A stretch of DNA of 64,000 nucleotides from a virus: positions 1 to 64,000 of IMG/VR virus record IMGVR_UViG_3300045988_134109; one strand, 5' to 3'. The notes beneath the pieces were generated by a model that had not been told where the DNA came from, did not search any database, and was given only the letters and a program-made list of their open reading frames with translations. Below, piece by piece: positions 1 to 7,578 of the stretch. A program made the position numbers and the translations under genes. Position 1 is the stretch's first letter. Each line of letters opens with the position of its first letter.

Positions 1-104
1 TCCCATCAACAAAATTCAACCTCCAATCAACAAAATTCAACCTCCCATCAACAAAATTCAACCTCCCACCAACAAAATTCAACTTCCCACCAACAAAATT
101 CAAC
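1..104. repeat. tandem direct repeat, 21-bp unit CAACAAAATTCAACCTCCCAT, about 4.7 copies; array probably continues upstream of the window
   Basis: read directly: units at 7-27, 28-48, 49-69, 70-90 and a partial unit at 91-104, with 1-2 mismatches per unit. Confidence 0.9.
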
Positions 105-107
105 AGA

Positions 108-276
108 TCAGAGCTTTAAAACGGCATTTTGTAGTTTCTTCCCACAAAATTAAGACAGTGCTTTAAAACAGCATAATGTGGATTATTCCCACAAAATCAA
201 GTATAATAGGAGCTTAAAACAGCATTACATAGGTTCCTTCCAACAGATTAAGGGTTAAGGACTGCATTATGTGAGT
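108..276. repeat. three degenerate ~50-bp direct repeats (GCTTTAAAACRGCATWWTGTRG...TTCCCACAAAATYAAG), related to the 21-bp unit
   Basis: units at about 111-157, 158-208 and 209-261 plus a partial unit at 262-276; each carries a CCCACAAAAT core resembling the upstream 21-mer. Confidence 0.7.
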
Positions 277-309
277 ATTTTTTTAAGAGGAATGTTTAAC
301 AATTAAAAT

Positions 310-579
310 ATGGATGGTATGAACGTATATGATTTTGCACCCGATTTAGATTTGAGTAAAGAAGTAGAAGGTTCTATTTTTGGGGTGAAAGGAATAGAAG
401 GCAGTGATGGTATAGTATATGCTAAGGTAGTTAGCTGTGTAGACGTCAAGGATTACAGTTGTGAGAGATGTATTTTTTATGATTGTTATAAGGATAAATG
501 TTTGTTATGGGGTAGTGATAGTTATGTAGATAGAGATTGGATTTGTAGGTACGAACAGGCTGCCATAGAGGGGGAGTAG
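310..579 (+). CDS. hypothetical Cys-rich small protein (89 aa)
   Basis: ATG ORF, first gene after the repeat region; contains CxxC-type cysteine pairs (C..DYSCERCIFYDCYKDKC). Confidence 0.5.
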   Translation: MDGMNVYDFAPDLDLSKEVEGSIFGVKGIEGSDGIVYAKVVSCVDVKDYSCERCIFYDCYKDKCLLWGSDSYVDRDWICRYEQAAIEGE

Positions 580-686
580 GCGGCGCCTTGGGTTAAGGCC
601 TGCGGTTGTAGGTAGGGCGTAGGTCGGAGCAGAGCCGGAACAGTTTATTGTGGAACGTGAAAAGAACAGATAAAAAAGGAGGAGAT

Positions 687-767
687 ATGAAAAAGATATT
701 TAAGACATTCTCTATTATGCTTGTCATAGAAATAGTGTTGATAGCTATTTTAGATGCTATGTCGTAA
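687..767 (+). CDS. 26-aa hydrophobic (single TM-like) peptide MKKIFKTFSIMLVIEIVLIAILDAMS
   Basis: strong SD AAAAAGGAGGAG 5 nt upstream of the ATG; TAA stop at 765-767; immediately followed by the terminator hairpin at 811-849; below the ORF-track size cutoff. Confidence 0.45.
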   Translation: MKKIFKTFSIMLVIEIVLIAILDAMS

Positions 768-810
768 GTGAGAAAAATTTTCTTCATTAATTTTCTTATG
801 CTTTAGACAG

Positions 811-849
811 AACGCTCCCGTCTGCGAAGATCGGAGCGTTTGCTTTATG
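811..849 (+). terminator. intrinsic terminator hairpin (8-bp stem AACGCTCC/GGAGCGTT, apex TCTGCGAAGA with a GCGA tetraloop) followed by a T-rich tail
   Basis: perfect 8-bp stem with a 14-nt loop, followed by TTGCTTTAT; the apical 12 nt GTCTGCGAAGAT are identical to the hairpin at 5194-5230. Confidence 0.6.
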
Positions 850-893
850 GGATTCATGGTGCAGCAGGTCGGTTCGATTCCGGCGATCTCACA
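841..893 (+). other. tRNA-like fragment (T-stem GTCGG/CCGGC, T-loop TTCGATT, acceptor 3' strand GATCTCA plus C); not a complete tRNA
   Basis: canonical GGTTCGATTCC T-arm is present, but no complementary 5' acceptor strand and no foldable anticodon arm; 3' half is conserved with the element at 1613-1674. Confidence 0.4.
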
Positions 894-921
894 CAACATT
901 AAAAACAAAGGAGGAAAGAAA

Positions 922-1263
922 ATGAAAGATGGTATCACATTACACCCAGAGCACGGATTGAATCCGTCTATAGAAGTCTGCATAGTGTGTGGTGCAGAGA
1001 TGGGCATTGCTTTATTAGGAAATAATATCAAAGGTCAGGCGCCGCATCATATATGCACGGGCGGAGTATGTGACGATTGCAAAAAGATAATAGATGACGG
1101 AGGCTGTTTTATTATCGAAGTCGAGGATGGATCAGATCAAAAGAATCCGTATCGTACAGGAAGATATTGTGCGATAAAGAAAGAGGCGGCAAAGAAGATA
1201 TTTGGACAGGAGCATAATATTGTGTACATGGAAAAGTCTGCATACAGTCAAATAATACCATAG
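922..1263 (+). CDS. hypothetical zinc-ribbon-like protein (113 aa from the ATG at 922)
   Basis: strong SD AAAGGAGGAAAG then ATG at 922; CIVCGAEMG...HICTGGVCDDCKK cysteine pairs; the track ORF begins earlier at 847 without an RBS. Confidence 0.6.
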   Translation: MKDGITLHPEHGLNPSIEVCIVCGAEMGIALLGNNIKGQAPHHICTGGVCDDCKKIIDDGGCFIIEVEDGSDQKNPYRTGRYCAIKKEAAKKIFGQEHNIVYMEKSAYSQIIP

Positions 1264-1306
1264 GTTAGAGGATGGGGAATACATATGTGTTGCGTTAAGA
1301 AATGTA

Positions 1307-1519
1307 GTGTTTATGTATTTCAAAACACATAAAAATATCTATGAGTTTTGTTCAGACGAAATGGTGAGAATATATTTCCCGGAATTGGAGGAGAAGATAA
1401 GTATGGCCACAGAACCAGAGGAAACAAGAACGTTTTATGGGTGGTTTGGTTGTCTTAGTCCAGAAACGAAGGAGGTAAGGCTGAATATTGTGAAAGATAT
1501 TATAAAAGAATTAGGATAG
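1307..1519 (+). CDS. hypothetical protein (70 aa)
   Basis: ATG ORF in the same-strand gene series. Confidence 0.45.
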   Translation: MFMYFKTHKNIYEFCSDEMVRIYFPELEEKISMATEPEETRTFYGWFGCLSPETKEVRLNIVKDIIKELG

Positions 1520-1612
1520 TATTTTTGTTAATCTATTTTATTCATCAAATTAAGTTTTGGGTTTTGGCATGTCGGTTCGTGAGGATAGGCATGCCTATTT
1601 CTGTATCATAGA

Positions 1613-1674
1613 GGAGATGACGCGGCGTGCCGGCATGTATGTACCGGTCCTGGTTCGATTCTGGGCATCTCACA
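1613..1674 (+). other. second tRNA-like fragment (T-stem CCTGG/CTGGG, T-loop TTCGATT, acceptor-like CATCTCA plus C)
   Basis: GGTTCGATTCTGGGCATCTCACA aligns with GGTTCGATTCCGGCGATCTCACA at 871-893, and both are followed by similar A-rich leaders ending in an RBS/ATG; a 6/7 complementary 5' partner GGAGATG lies at 1613, but the total length (~61 nt) is too short for a tRNA. Confidence 0.35.
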
Positions 1675-1693
1675 AACAATAAAACGAAAGATT

Positions 1694-1927
1694 ATGAGAA
1701 TATACAAGAATGATATTATAAAGGCGTCAGCGATAAGCACAGACGACGAAAGGGGATTATTACTATGTTCAATAACAGATTCAGGCTTTACGTCTATAGC
1801 GGGCGTAATATCGGCTGTTAAGGATAAGTTGCCAAACAAAGATCATAAGAAGATGGTTTTTGAAATTTTGAATGATACGAAAAAAGAGTATGGAAGATAT
1901 AATAATTGCGGAACAAAAGTATTGTAA
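1694..1927 (+). CDS. hypothetical protein (77 aa)
   Basis: ATG ORF 20 nt downstream of the tRNA-like element. Confidence 0.5.
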   Translation: MRIYKNDIIKASAISTDDERGLLLCSITDSGFTSIAGVISAVKDKLPNKDHKKMVFEILNDTKKEYGRYNNCGTKVL

Positions 1928-2046
1928 TAAAGAGTAGAAAACAATATGTTTATGTAATATTAGTTTTTTCATTTTTATTGAAAGGAGCGCCGGCCTGTGA
2001 AGGTATGCGCTCTTTGTATTTGTATAATGCATAAAACAATAATAAT

Positions 2047-2301
2047 ATGACAGATAATAACATAGATGTGAATATCGTACCTGTAAGGAATGGTGCGAAA
2101 CGAGTTGTGGTATCATATTACCATTATTCACGCAAGGACAAAAATCACATAAGTTCCCAAACGGATTACGTTTGGGAAACAAAGAATGAAGAAATGTTTA
2201 AATACTTTGAGGCCAGGAGGGCAAAAGTATTTTATAGTCAGATTCGTGCCATGTGTAGATTCTATGGCAAGAAAAATGTACGTAAATACAAAAAGTTATG
2301 A
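2047..2301 (+). CDS. hypothetical protein (84 aa)
   Basis: ATG ORF; its stop overlaps the next start (ATGA). Confidence 0.5.
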   Translation: MTDNNIDVNIVPVRNGAKRVVVSYYHYSRKDKNHISSQTDYVWETKNEEMFKYFEARRAKVFYSQIRAMCRFYGKKNVRKYKKL

Positions 2302-3107
2302 TATTAAAAACAACAACCAACGAATTTTGTTTCATTAACGTAAGTTTTTATGAAACAGTAGCAGACCCGCGTCATTTCTTTTCACAGGAATATGATGAGA
2401 TGCCGGAATATGAAGAAGAATCAAATTTTGATTTTGATTCTTATTGTAATGCGTTCATACCTTATGTGCAAAAATGGGCGGACGAGGTTAAAGAACGTCT
2501 TTTAGTATATGGTGTAAAGGATATAAAGGTGATATCAGTCGGACACCCAAGAGAGTATAACTATGATACTGATTGGATGGAGGTAGAGGTGGAGTTCTGT
2601 GATGGGTGGCGACAGATGCTGTTATCCAACATTGGTAAGATAATCGATGATGATAGATGTAGAAAATATGCTGAGGTAAATTATAAATCAGTTCAGGGCT
2701 ACATATTTTTCGGGCCCGAAAATCTAAAGGAGTTTGAGAAAGAAATAATAGAAAAGAATCCAAATTCAGGATATGATCCGGCAGTACTATTAAATATGTA
2801 TCTAACTTTGGCTTTTGTAAAAGAATTTGGATTTAAAGCCGGAGAAGCATGGAGTGAAATAACAGAATATGCTTACGAATGTTTGTTGTATTCCGATTTC
2901 GCAACAACAGAAATGCTTATACCGGAAGGTTCGGAGTATTTATTCAATGACGTGCATACAGCAGAAGCCGACGAATTGTATCATCATGTCCTGGATAAAT
3001 TCGGATGGGCGTGGCGTGATCCGAAATATAAATCAGAAACAGAATTATGTACGATGTTAAAGTGGGCAGAAGAGAAAGGCTTGACCATTGAAGAGTTAAG
3101 TATTTAA
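2298..3107 (+). CDS. hypothetical protein (269 aa)
   Basis: long ORF, operonic overlap with the upstream gene. Confidence 0.6.
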   Translation: MILKTTTNEFCFINVSFYETVADPRHFFSQEYDEMPEYEEESNFDFDSYCNAFIPYVQKWADEVKERLLVYGVKDIKVISVGHPREYNYDTDWMEVEVEFCDGWRQMLLSNIGKIIDDDRCRKYAEVNYKSVQGYIFFGPENLKEFEKEIIEKNPNSGYDPAVLLNMYLTLAFVKEFGFKAGEAWSEITEYAYECLLYSDFATTEMLIPEGSEYLFNDVHTAEADELYHHVLDKFGWAWRDPKYKSETELCTMLKWAEEKGLTIEELSI

Positions 3108-3170
3108 TTGTTAAACATAAGGCAGTATTGGTGCGTGAGTATAGGTGCTGCCGTTAAATTATTTTATAAT

Positions 3171-3419
3171 ATGAAAAAGGAAGAGATTCAAACTATTTTA
3201 TACACAATCAAAGAAGGAGACAGTATTAAGATCAAAGTACAAGACAAAAGTGAAGAAATAAGATTGCGGGATCATGTAAGAAGAACGCAGAAATACGGAT
3301 ACCGGTTTTGCTTATCTCATTTGCATGATGGAATTTTCTATCTGGAGAAGTTAGAAGAGGGGGATAAAGATAAATACTATAGAGTAATCAACAGAGGAAA
3401 TGGAAAGACCGGAGTATAA
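3171..3419 (+). CDS. hypothetical protein (82 aa from the ATG at 3171)
   Basis: the track ORF at 3108 starts at TTG; the first ATG is at 3171. Confidence 0.4.
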   Translation: MKKEEIQTILYTIKEGDSIKIKVQDKSEEIRLRDHVRRTQKYGYRFCLSHLHDGIFYLEKLEEGDKDKYYRVINRGNGKTGV

Positions 3420-3693
3420 TAAGCTACGTAAAATGGCTAAGACTACTCCAGGTCTGATAGTGGACGAGGCGCAAAACATGATGCGTGTATCGCTATACGA
3501 TAATGGGGAGCTTAAGAAGGTGGTAGTAGTAATGAAATGCGATTCTTTTTTACAGTCAAAAAGTAACATAGAAAAGATAATGTTATTATCATCTTCTATA
3601 GAAGATAGAAAAAACAAAGAAAAAAATAAAACAAAATCAGAAAATGAACAGAATAACAAAAATAAGAGAAGAAATAGGAGGAAAACAGGTTGA
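3400..3693 (+). CDS. hypothetical protein with a low-complexity K/N/E-rich tail (97 aa)
   Basis: ATG ORF overlapping the upstream gene by 20 nt in another frame; contains LIVDEAQN. Confidence 0.4.
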   Translation: MERPEYNKLRKMAKTTPGLIVDEAQNMMRVSLYDNGELKKVVVVMKCDSFLQSKSNIEKIMLLSSSIEDRKNKEKNKTKSENEQNNKNKRRNRRKTG

Positions 3694-4027
3694 TTTGACC
3701 TTTTACGGGCGCTTTTGCAGCCTTATCGAAGGTGACAGAAAGATAATACTAAGGGCAATAAAAAACGGTCGTAAGAAGGGCGTAATCGGAGCCATTCAGC
3801 CTGGGAGACATGACAGAATTTGGACCACATGGGCTATTGCTTTTGAGGATCTGAAGGTAGGGGATACGGTAGAGTTTAGTACATCCGGGAAATACAATCC
3901 AGGTTTTCATTCTACAGAAAAGTATGTAGGATGTGTAGAATGGATAAAAGGGTCAGAATGTGCGATAAAAACCGGTAAGGGAATGGCGGTAGTATTAATT
4001 AAACACGTGGAAAGGGTGGTGAAATAA
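3644..4027 (+). CDS. hypothetical protein (127 aa)
   Basis: ATG ORF. Confidence 0.5.
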   Translation: MNRITKIREEIGGKQVDLTFYGRFCSLIEGDRKIILRAIKNGRKKGVIGAIQPGRHDRIWTTWAIAFEDLKVGDTVEFSTSGKYNPGFHSTEKYVGCVEWIKGSECAIKTGKGMAVVLIKHVERVVK

Positions 4028-4308
4028 TGGATTTAAGGATGTTTATAGACCTATTTCAGGAGATTGAGGTAGAGAGCTTGTTTAAAGCGTTAGATTTATG
4101 TATGGAATATGCGAGATTAGATTTACATGTGTTTAATGTAGGAGCTCATGTAACGTGTTCATACAGTAATGATCTTGAATATCTTTCACAGGTAGAAGGT
4201 TGTAATGTGAATATGATAATAGAGGTACCCCACTTATTCGAAGCATTCATGGAATACGCTTCACCGGAAATGAAATTGTATTACGAAAAACTAACAGAGA
4301 CAGTATAA
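4027..4308 (+). CDS. hypothetical protein (93 aa)
   Basis: ATG overlaps the upstream stop (TAATG); SD-like GGTGGTGAAATA. Confidence 0.55.
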   Translation: MDLRMFIDLFQEIEVESLFKALDLCMEYARLDLHVFNVGAHVTCSYSNDLEYLSQVEGCNVNMIIEVPHLFEAFMEYASPEMKLYYEKLTETV

Positions 4309-4309
4309 T

Positions 4310-4792
4310 ATGAAAAAGGAAGTAGAACGGATAAAGAAGTTGGTTGGCATAGATCATAATAGATGGGAGCAGCCTTGTACATGTGATAAATGCAAGAACA
4401 TGTGTAAGGTTCCTTGTATTGGTACGCCAAAAGACATAGAGGCTATCATAGATGCCGGATACGCTGATAGGTTAAAAGAAACAATGTGGATGGTAGGGTA
4501 TCTTGCAGTGAAAGAAAAACCAATAGCGATGATCCAGCCAACAGAGAAAGACGGGTGGTGCGTGTTCCGCCGGCCAGACGGTCTCTGCGAGCTGCATGAC
4601 CGCGGACTAAAGCCGACCGAAGGAGTTCTGGCTTCCTGTAAGATGATTGAAGAAGACAATGTTCCAACATACGAAACGTCTGTACTTAGAGCAGTGGCTA
4701 ATGAGTGGGTTAAGGTGGAGAACTTTGGAGATATAATGAGAGTCGTTTTTAAATTTTTGCATGAAAATGAACGTAGAAAACAAATTAGATAA
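4310..4792 (+). CDS. hypothetical Cys-rich protein (160 aa)
   Basis: ATG ORF; CTCDKCKNMCKVPC cysteine cluster. Confidence 0.55.
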   Translation: MKKEVERIKKLVGIDHNRWEQPCTCDKCKNMCKVPCIGTPKDIEAIIDAGYADRLKETMWMVGYLAVKEKPIAMIQPTEKDGWCVFRRPDGLCELHDRGLKPTEGVLASCKMIEEDNVPTYETSVLRAVANEWVKVENFGDIMRVVFKFLHENERRKQIR

Positions 4793-5171
4793 AGTAGTTA
4801 AGATCCTAAAAGAAAAAGGATTTGTGGTATATAGAAAGGGCGGAAAGGAGCCGGGTGTATTTTACGCCAAAGAAGGTGACAGCCGGATAGGATTCGTTTA
4901 TCCCAACAACGGATATATATATGATAGAATAAAAATGTGGTCTTTTTCAAGGATATATAAACCACATAAGAAAACCGGGTCTTCGTGTTTAATGAGCGTC
5001 AGCGACGAATTTACGATAGAAAATGCGATTAAGAACATAGAGGATAGACTGTGGGTGAATTACATAAAAGACGGTAACAGAAAACGACCAGAAGAATATA
5101 AAAATATAAGAGAATTTGTTGGTAGCTTCACTAAATTCTACAGCTCTGTAGAATTAGTTGAAGTAAAATAG
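4761..5171 (+). CDS. hypothetical protein (136 aa)
   Basis: ATG ORF overlapping the upstream gene by 32 nt; followed by the terminator at 5194-5230. Confidence 0.5.
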   Translation: MKMNVENKLDKVVKILKEKGFVVYRKGGKEPGVFYAKEGDSRIGFVYPNNGYIYDRIKMWSFSRIYKPHKKTGSSCLMSVSDEFTIENAIKNIEDRLWVNYIKDGNRKRPEEYKNIREFVGSFTKFYSSVELVEVK

Positions 5172-5193
5172 TTTTCCATGTAAGTTAGTTACC

Positions 5194-5230
5194 GGCACTG
5201 GTCTGCGAAGATAGGTGCCGTTTTTTTATT
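5194..5230 (+). terminator. rho-independent terminator (stem CGGCAC/GTGCCG, same apical GTCTGCGAAGAT as 811-849, then T7)
   Basis: hairpin directly followed by TTTTTTT; the apical sequence is shared with 811-849 while the stems differ. Confidence 0.8.
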
Positions 5231-5248
5231 CAAGAAAAGAGGACAAAT

Positions 5249-5500
5249 ATGGAGAAAAGAGACAAGAAGATGCCTTACGAGGTAGTCATACAGGAAAGAA
5301 AAAGAGTGGATTTGTACGGTAACGTAGTGTATTATATCCATTGGTTTGATGAATATGGGTACAATATCACAAACGAATGGAAATTCTGGAGCAAGGGTCC
5401 GAAAAAGAAATACGATAGAGTTAATCGTTATCTAACGGATAGTTGGTTGAAGGAATACTGTGGGAATAACGATTTAAAGATAAGGAGAATAAAGGAATGA
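5249..5500 (+). CDS. hypothetical protein (83 aa)
   Basis: SD AAGAGGA then ATG; first gene after the terminator. Confidence 0.55.
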   Translation: MEKRDKKMPYEVVIQERKRVDLYGNVVYYIHWFDEYGYNITNEWKFWSKGPKKKYDRVNRYLTDSWLKEYCGNNDLKIRRIKE

Positions 5501-5601
5501 AGCCAGGAAAGTATGTTATGGTAACAAACGAGTGTGGTGCCTTGGATGTTATAAAAGAAAAATTCGATAACATAAATATAGTGGAATATGGATCTGAATG
5601 A
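5497..5601 (+). CDS. possible small protein (34 aa, MKPGKYVMVTNECGALDVIKEKFDNINIVEYGSE)
   Basis: SD TAAGGAGAATAAAGGA then ATG, overlapping the upstream stop (ATGA); fills an otherwise uncovered 88-nt gap; below the track cutoff. Confidence 0.3.
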   Translation: MKPGKYVMVTNECGALDVIKEKFDNINIVEYGSE

Positions 5602-5956
5602 ATTGTACAAAGAAATAGAAAAAGCAGAGGTTGATCTGAATGCAAAAAGATTAAAGTACATCAAAGAGGCATTAGTGGAGAACGGTGGAAGTATAAAGCT
5701 AAAATTCAAAGAATTTAAAGAGTTTAAAGAAACTAATGATGCGTTTGACTTCGATGATCAGTTTCCGGTGATAATAGAAATTGCTGGGATTCCTATGTAT
5801 TTAACGGAAGTGTATGTCAAAAAAAACGATTTTCGTATAGTTCTGCTGGATTATGATGATATGACTTTAGGTGATTATGATAATACAGGGGAAAATGAAC
5901 AGGTTGCTTATTTTATTAACTATTGTTTAAATCAAGACAAAGATGGGAAAGAGTAG
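5588..5956 (+). CDS. hypothetical protein (122 aa)
   Basis: ATG ORF. Confidence 0.5.
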   Translation: MDLNELYKEIEKAEVDLNAKRLKYIKEALVENGGSIKLKFKEFKEFKETNDAFDFDDQFPVIIEIAGIPMYLTEVYVKKNDFRIVLLDYDDMTLGDYDNTGENEQVAYFINYCLNQDKDGKE

Positions 5957-6131
5957 AAAAGATTATGAGAAGTTTCTTAACTCCATATCTCCAGATAGAG
6001 ACGATGAAACATGGATCATTGGAGGAAAGAACAGGTATTGCGGTAGAGAGAATTACGGCACTATGATCAAAAGGTATGATCCTATTGGTTTTAACGTAGG
6101 GTACAGGGAGTGGGCAGAACAGCCAGGGTAA
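5943..6131 (+). CDS. hypothetical protein (62 aa)
   Basis: ATG ORF overlapping the upstream end. Confidence 0.4.
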   Translation: MGKSRKDYEKFLNSISPDRDDETWIIGGKNRYCGRENYGTMIKRYDPIGFNVGYREWAEQPG

Positions 6132-6262
6132 GGTGGAGCCTGCCCTGCCATGAGGTCGGCCTGGCTGTCTGTGGCCAGGGTCGTATATTAGTCAGATAGT
6201 GAACAATGAAAACGATACAAATATTATGAATTTAGGCAATCATATACCTAAAATAATAGCTT

Positions 6263-6577
6263 ATGACATTTAAAGAATTTATGAAAGAAGTAGGCTATGA
6301 CCCAATGACTACCTTTTGGGAAGATTTCAGCATAGCCGACAAGTATGGTATAGCAGGTGTCAAGGATACCTACAAACGTGCATTCAGTGAATGGAAAGAT
6401 GATTATAAGTTTTTCACGGAATTAACGCTTGTATTGAATCATAAAATCTGGCAACATTATGAAAGCAATCGTAAACTGGCTGCACTGTATGACCGGTTGT
6501 GGCGAGAAGCTGACGAGTATGCCATGAACAACTTTAAGGGAGAAGAACTTGATTATTATTACAGAATAACAGATTAA
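6263..6577 (+). CDS. hypothetical protein (104 aa)
   Basis: ATG ORF downstream of a GC-rich intergenic patch. Confidence 0.5.
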   Translation: MTFKEFMKEVGYDPMTTFWEDFSIADKYGIAGVKDTYKRAFSEWKDDYKFFTELTLVLNHKIWQHYESNRKLAALYDRLWREADEYAMNNFKGEELDYYYRITD

Positions 6578-6625
6578 TATTATGACAGCAGCAGAAAAAT
6601 TAAGAACTATTTAAAATATAAAGAC

Positions 6626-7435
6626 ATGGAAGACGATCTTATTACAACAAAAGAAGTAGGTGATTATCGCATTAAAGTGTATTATTGCCGTGATTCAGAA
6701 TGCCCTATAACTAATTGGGGTTTGTTTGGGTCATTCTTTTTTGAATACTCTGATATGCATCGATTGCATGATGAATGCAATTGGAAAACTTTCTTCTACG
6801 ATAACAAGCATAATCTTAGAGATGTTATTGATGCTATTGTAATGAAGCATATAGAACAGAAAGACATTGTAAAATATTTAAAGAAAGGGGAAGCGAATGG
6901 GATCTCATTCACATACAACAGAGGTAGCAATGTATGGGAGTTGAAGCATAAGACAAGTCCATATATAGATCAAGAGTTTTCACCAAGTGATTTGACGGAC
7001 TTTGATTGCAGAGGAGAATTAATAGAGGATCTGGATGACGAAGATTTGTTAGATATCATATCCAAATATGGAAAAGATGTGGTGGCTATAGAGTGGTCAA
7101 CAAGGGGTTATAATCAAGGTGATTATATAAAAGGGATAGCATACGTTACAAAAGAAAAATATGATAATGAAGTCTGCGATAAAGAAGGAGACTGGAAAGA
7201 AGATTGTGCCAAAATTATAGATAATGAAGTAAAGTCCATAGGTATGTGGATGTGGGGAGATGTAAAAGGGTACGTTCTTGAAAAGAAGGTAGCATTTACC
7301 AAGAGATACAAAGACGAATCAAGAGAGGATGAAGATTGTGAAGAATGGGAAGAGGTTGATTCTTGCTGGGGATGTTACGAGGAGACAGATGAATTGATAA
7401 AGGAAGTTATGATAGAGAATGATTTAGAAGAATAG
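6626..7435 (+). CDS. hypothetical acidic protein (269 aa)
   Basis: long ATG ORF. Confidence 0.6.
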   Translation: MEDDLITTKEVGDYRIKVYYCRDSECPITNWGLFGSFFFEYSDMHRLHDECNWKTFFYDNKHNLRDVIDAIVMKHIEQKDIVKYLKKGEANGISFTYNRGSNVWELKHKTSPYIDQEFSPSDLTDFDCRGELIEDLDDEDLLDIISKYGKDVVAIEWSTRGYNQGDYIKGIAYVTKEKYDNEVCDKEGDWKEDCAKIIDNEVKSIGMWMWGDVKGYVLEKKVAFTKRYKDESREDEDCEEWEEVDSCWGCYEETDELIKEVMIENDLEE

Positions 7436-7441
7436 GTTATA

Positions 7442-7576
7442 ATGGCTGATAGTGACGGACGCCACAGGAGACAGGTGGGAAAGTGCGAAGAGCTCCGGTT
7501 CAGGGGAGACGGGGCCTGCTTTGCGTGGCGTAAGGCTACAGTAGATGAAATTGTTGAACATTTTAAAAACAGATAA
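7442..7576 (+). CDS. possible small Arg/Gly/Cys-rich protein (44 aa)
   Basis: ATG 6 nt after the upstream stop, in-frame to a TAA at 7574-7576; accounts for the GC-rich 'intergenic' patch; below the track cutoff. Confidence 0.35.
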   Translation: MADSDGRHRRQVGKCEELRFRGDGACFAWRKATVDEIVEHFKNR

Positions 7577-7578
7577 TT

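Noticed and set aside
1-276. Possible CRISPR array
   Set aside because: The repeat units are directly adjacent (tandem) with no unique spacers. There are two nested unit sizes, and no cas genes nearby.
593-1031. Minus-strand ORFs 593-787 and 750-1031 in the first kilobase
   Set aside because: They overlap the plus-strand peptide gene, the terminator and the tRNA-like element, and lack starts with an RBS. They are likely non-coding.
841-1674. Functional tRNA genes at 841-893 and 1613-1674
   Set aside because: Only the T-arm and the 3' acceptor strand are present. No complementary 5' acceptor strand or anticodon stem exists at the required spacing. I call them tRNA-like fragments only.
3400-3420. 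Programmed frameshift joining 3171-3419 (ends ...RGNGKTGV) to 3400-3693 (LIVDEAQN), giving a Walker A/B ATPase
   Set aside because: GNGKTG does not fit GxxxxGK[ST], and the DEAQN would lie only ~25 residues downstream, too close for Walker A to Walker B spacing. Most likely a coincidence.
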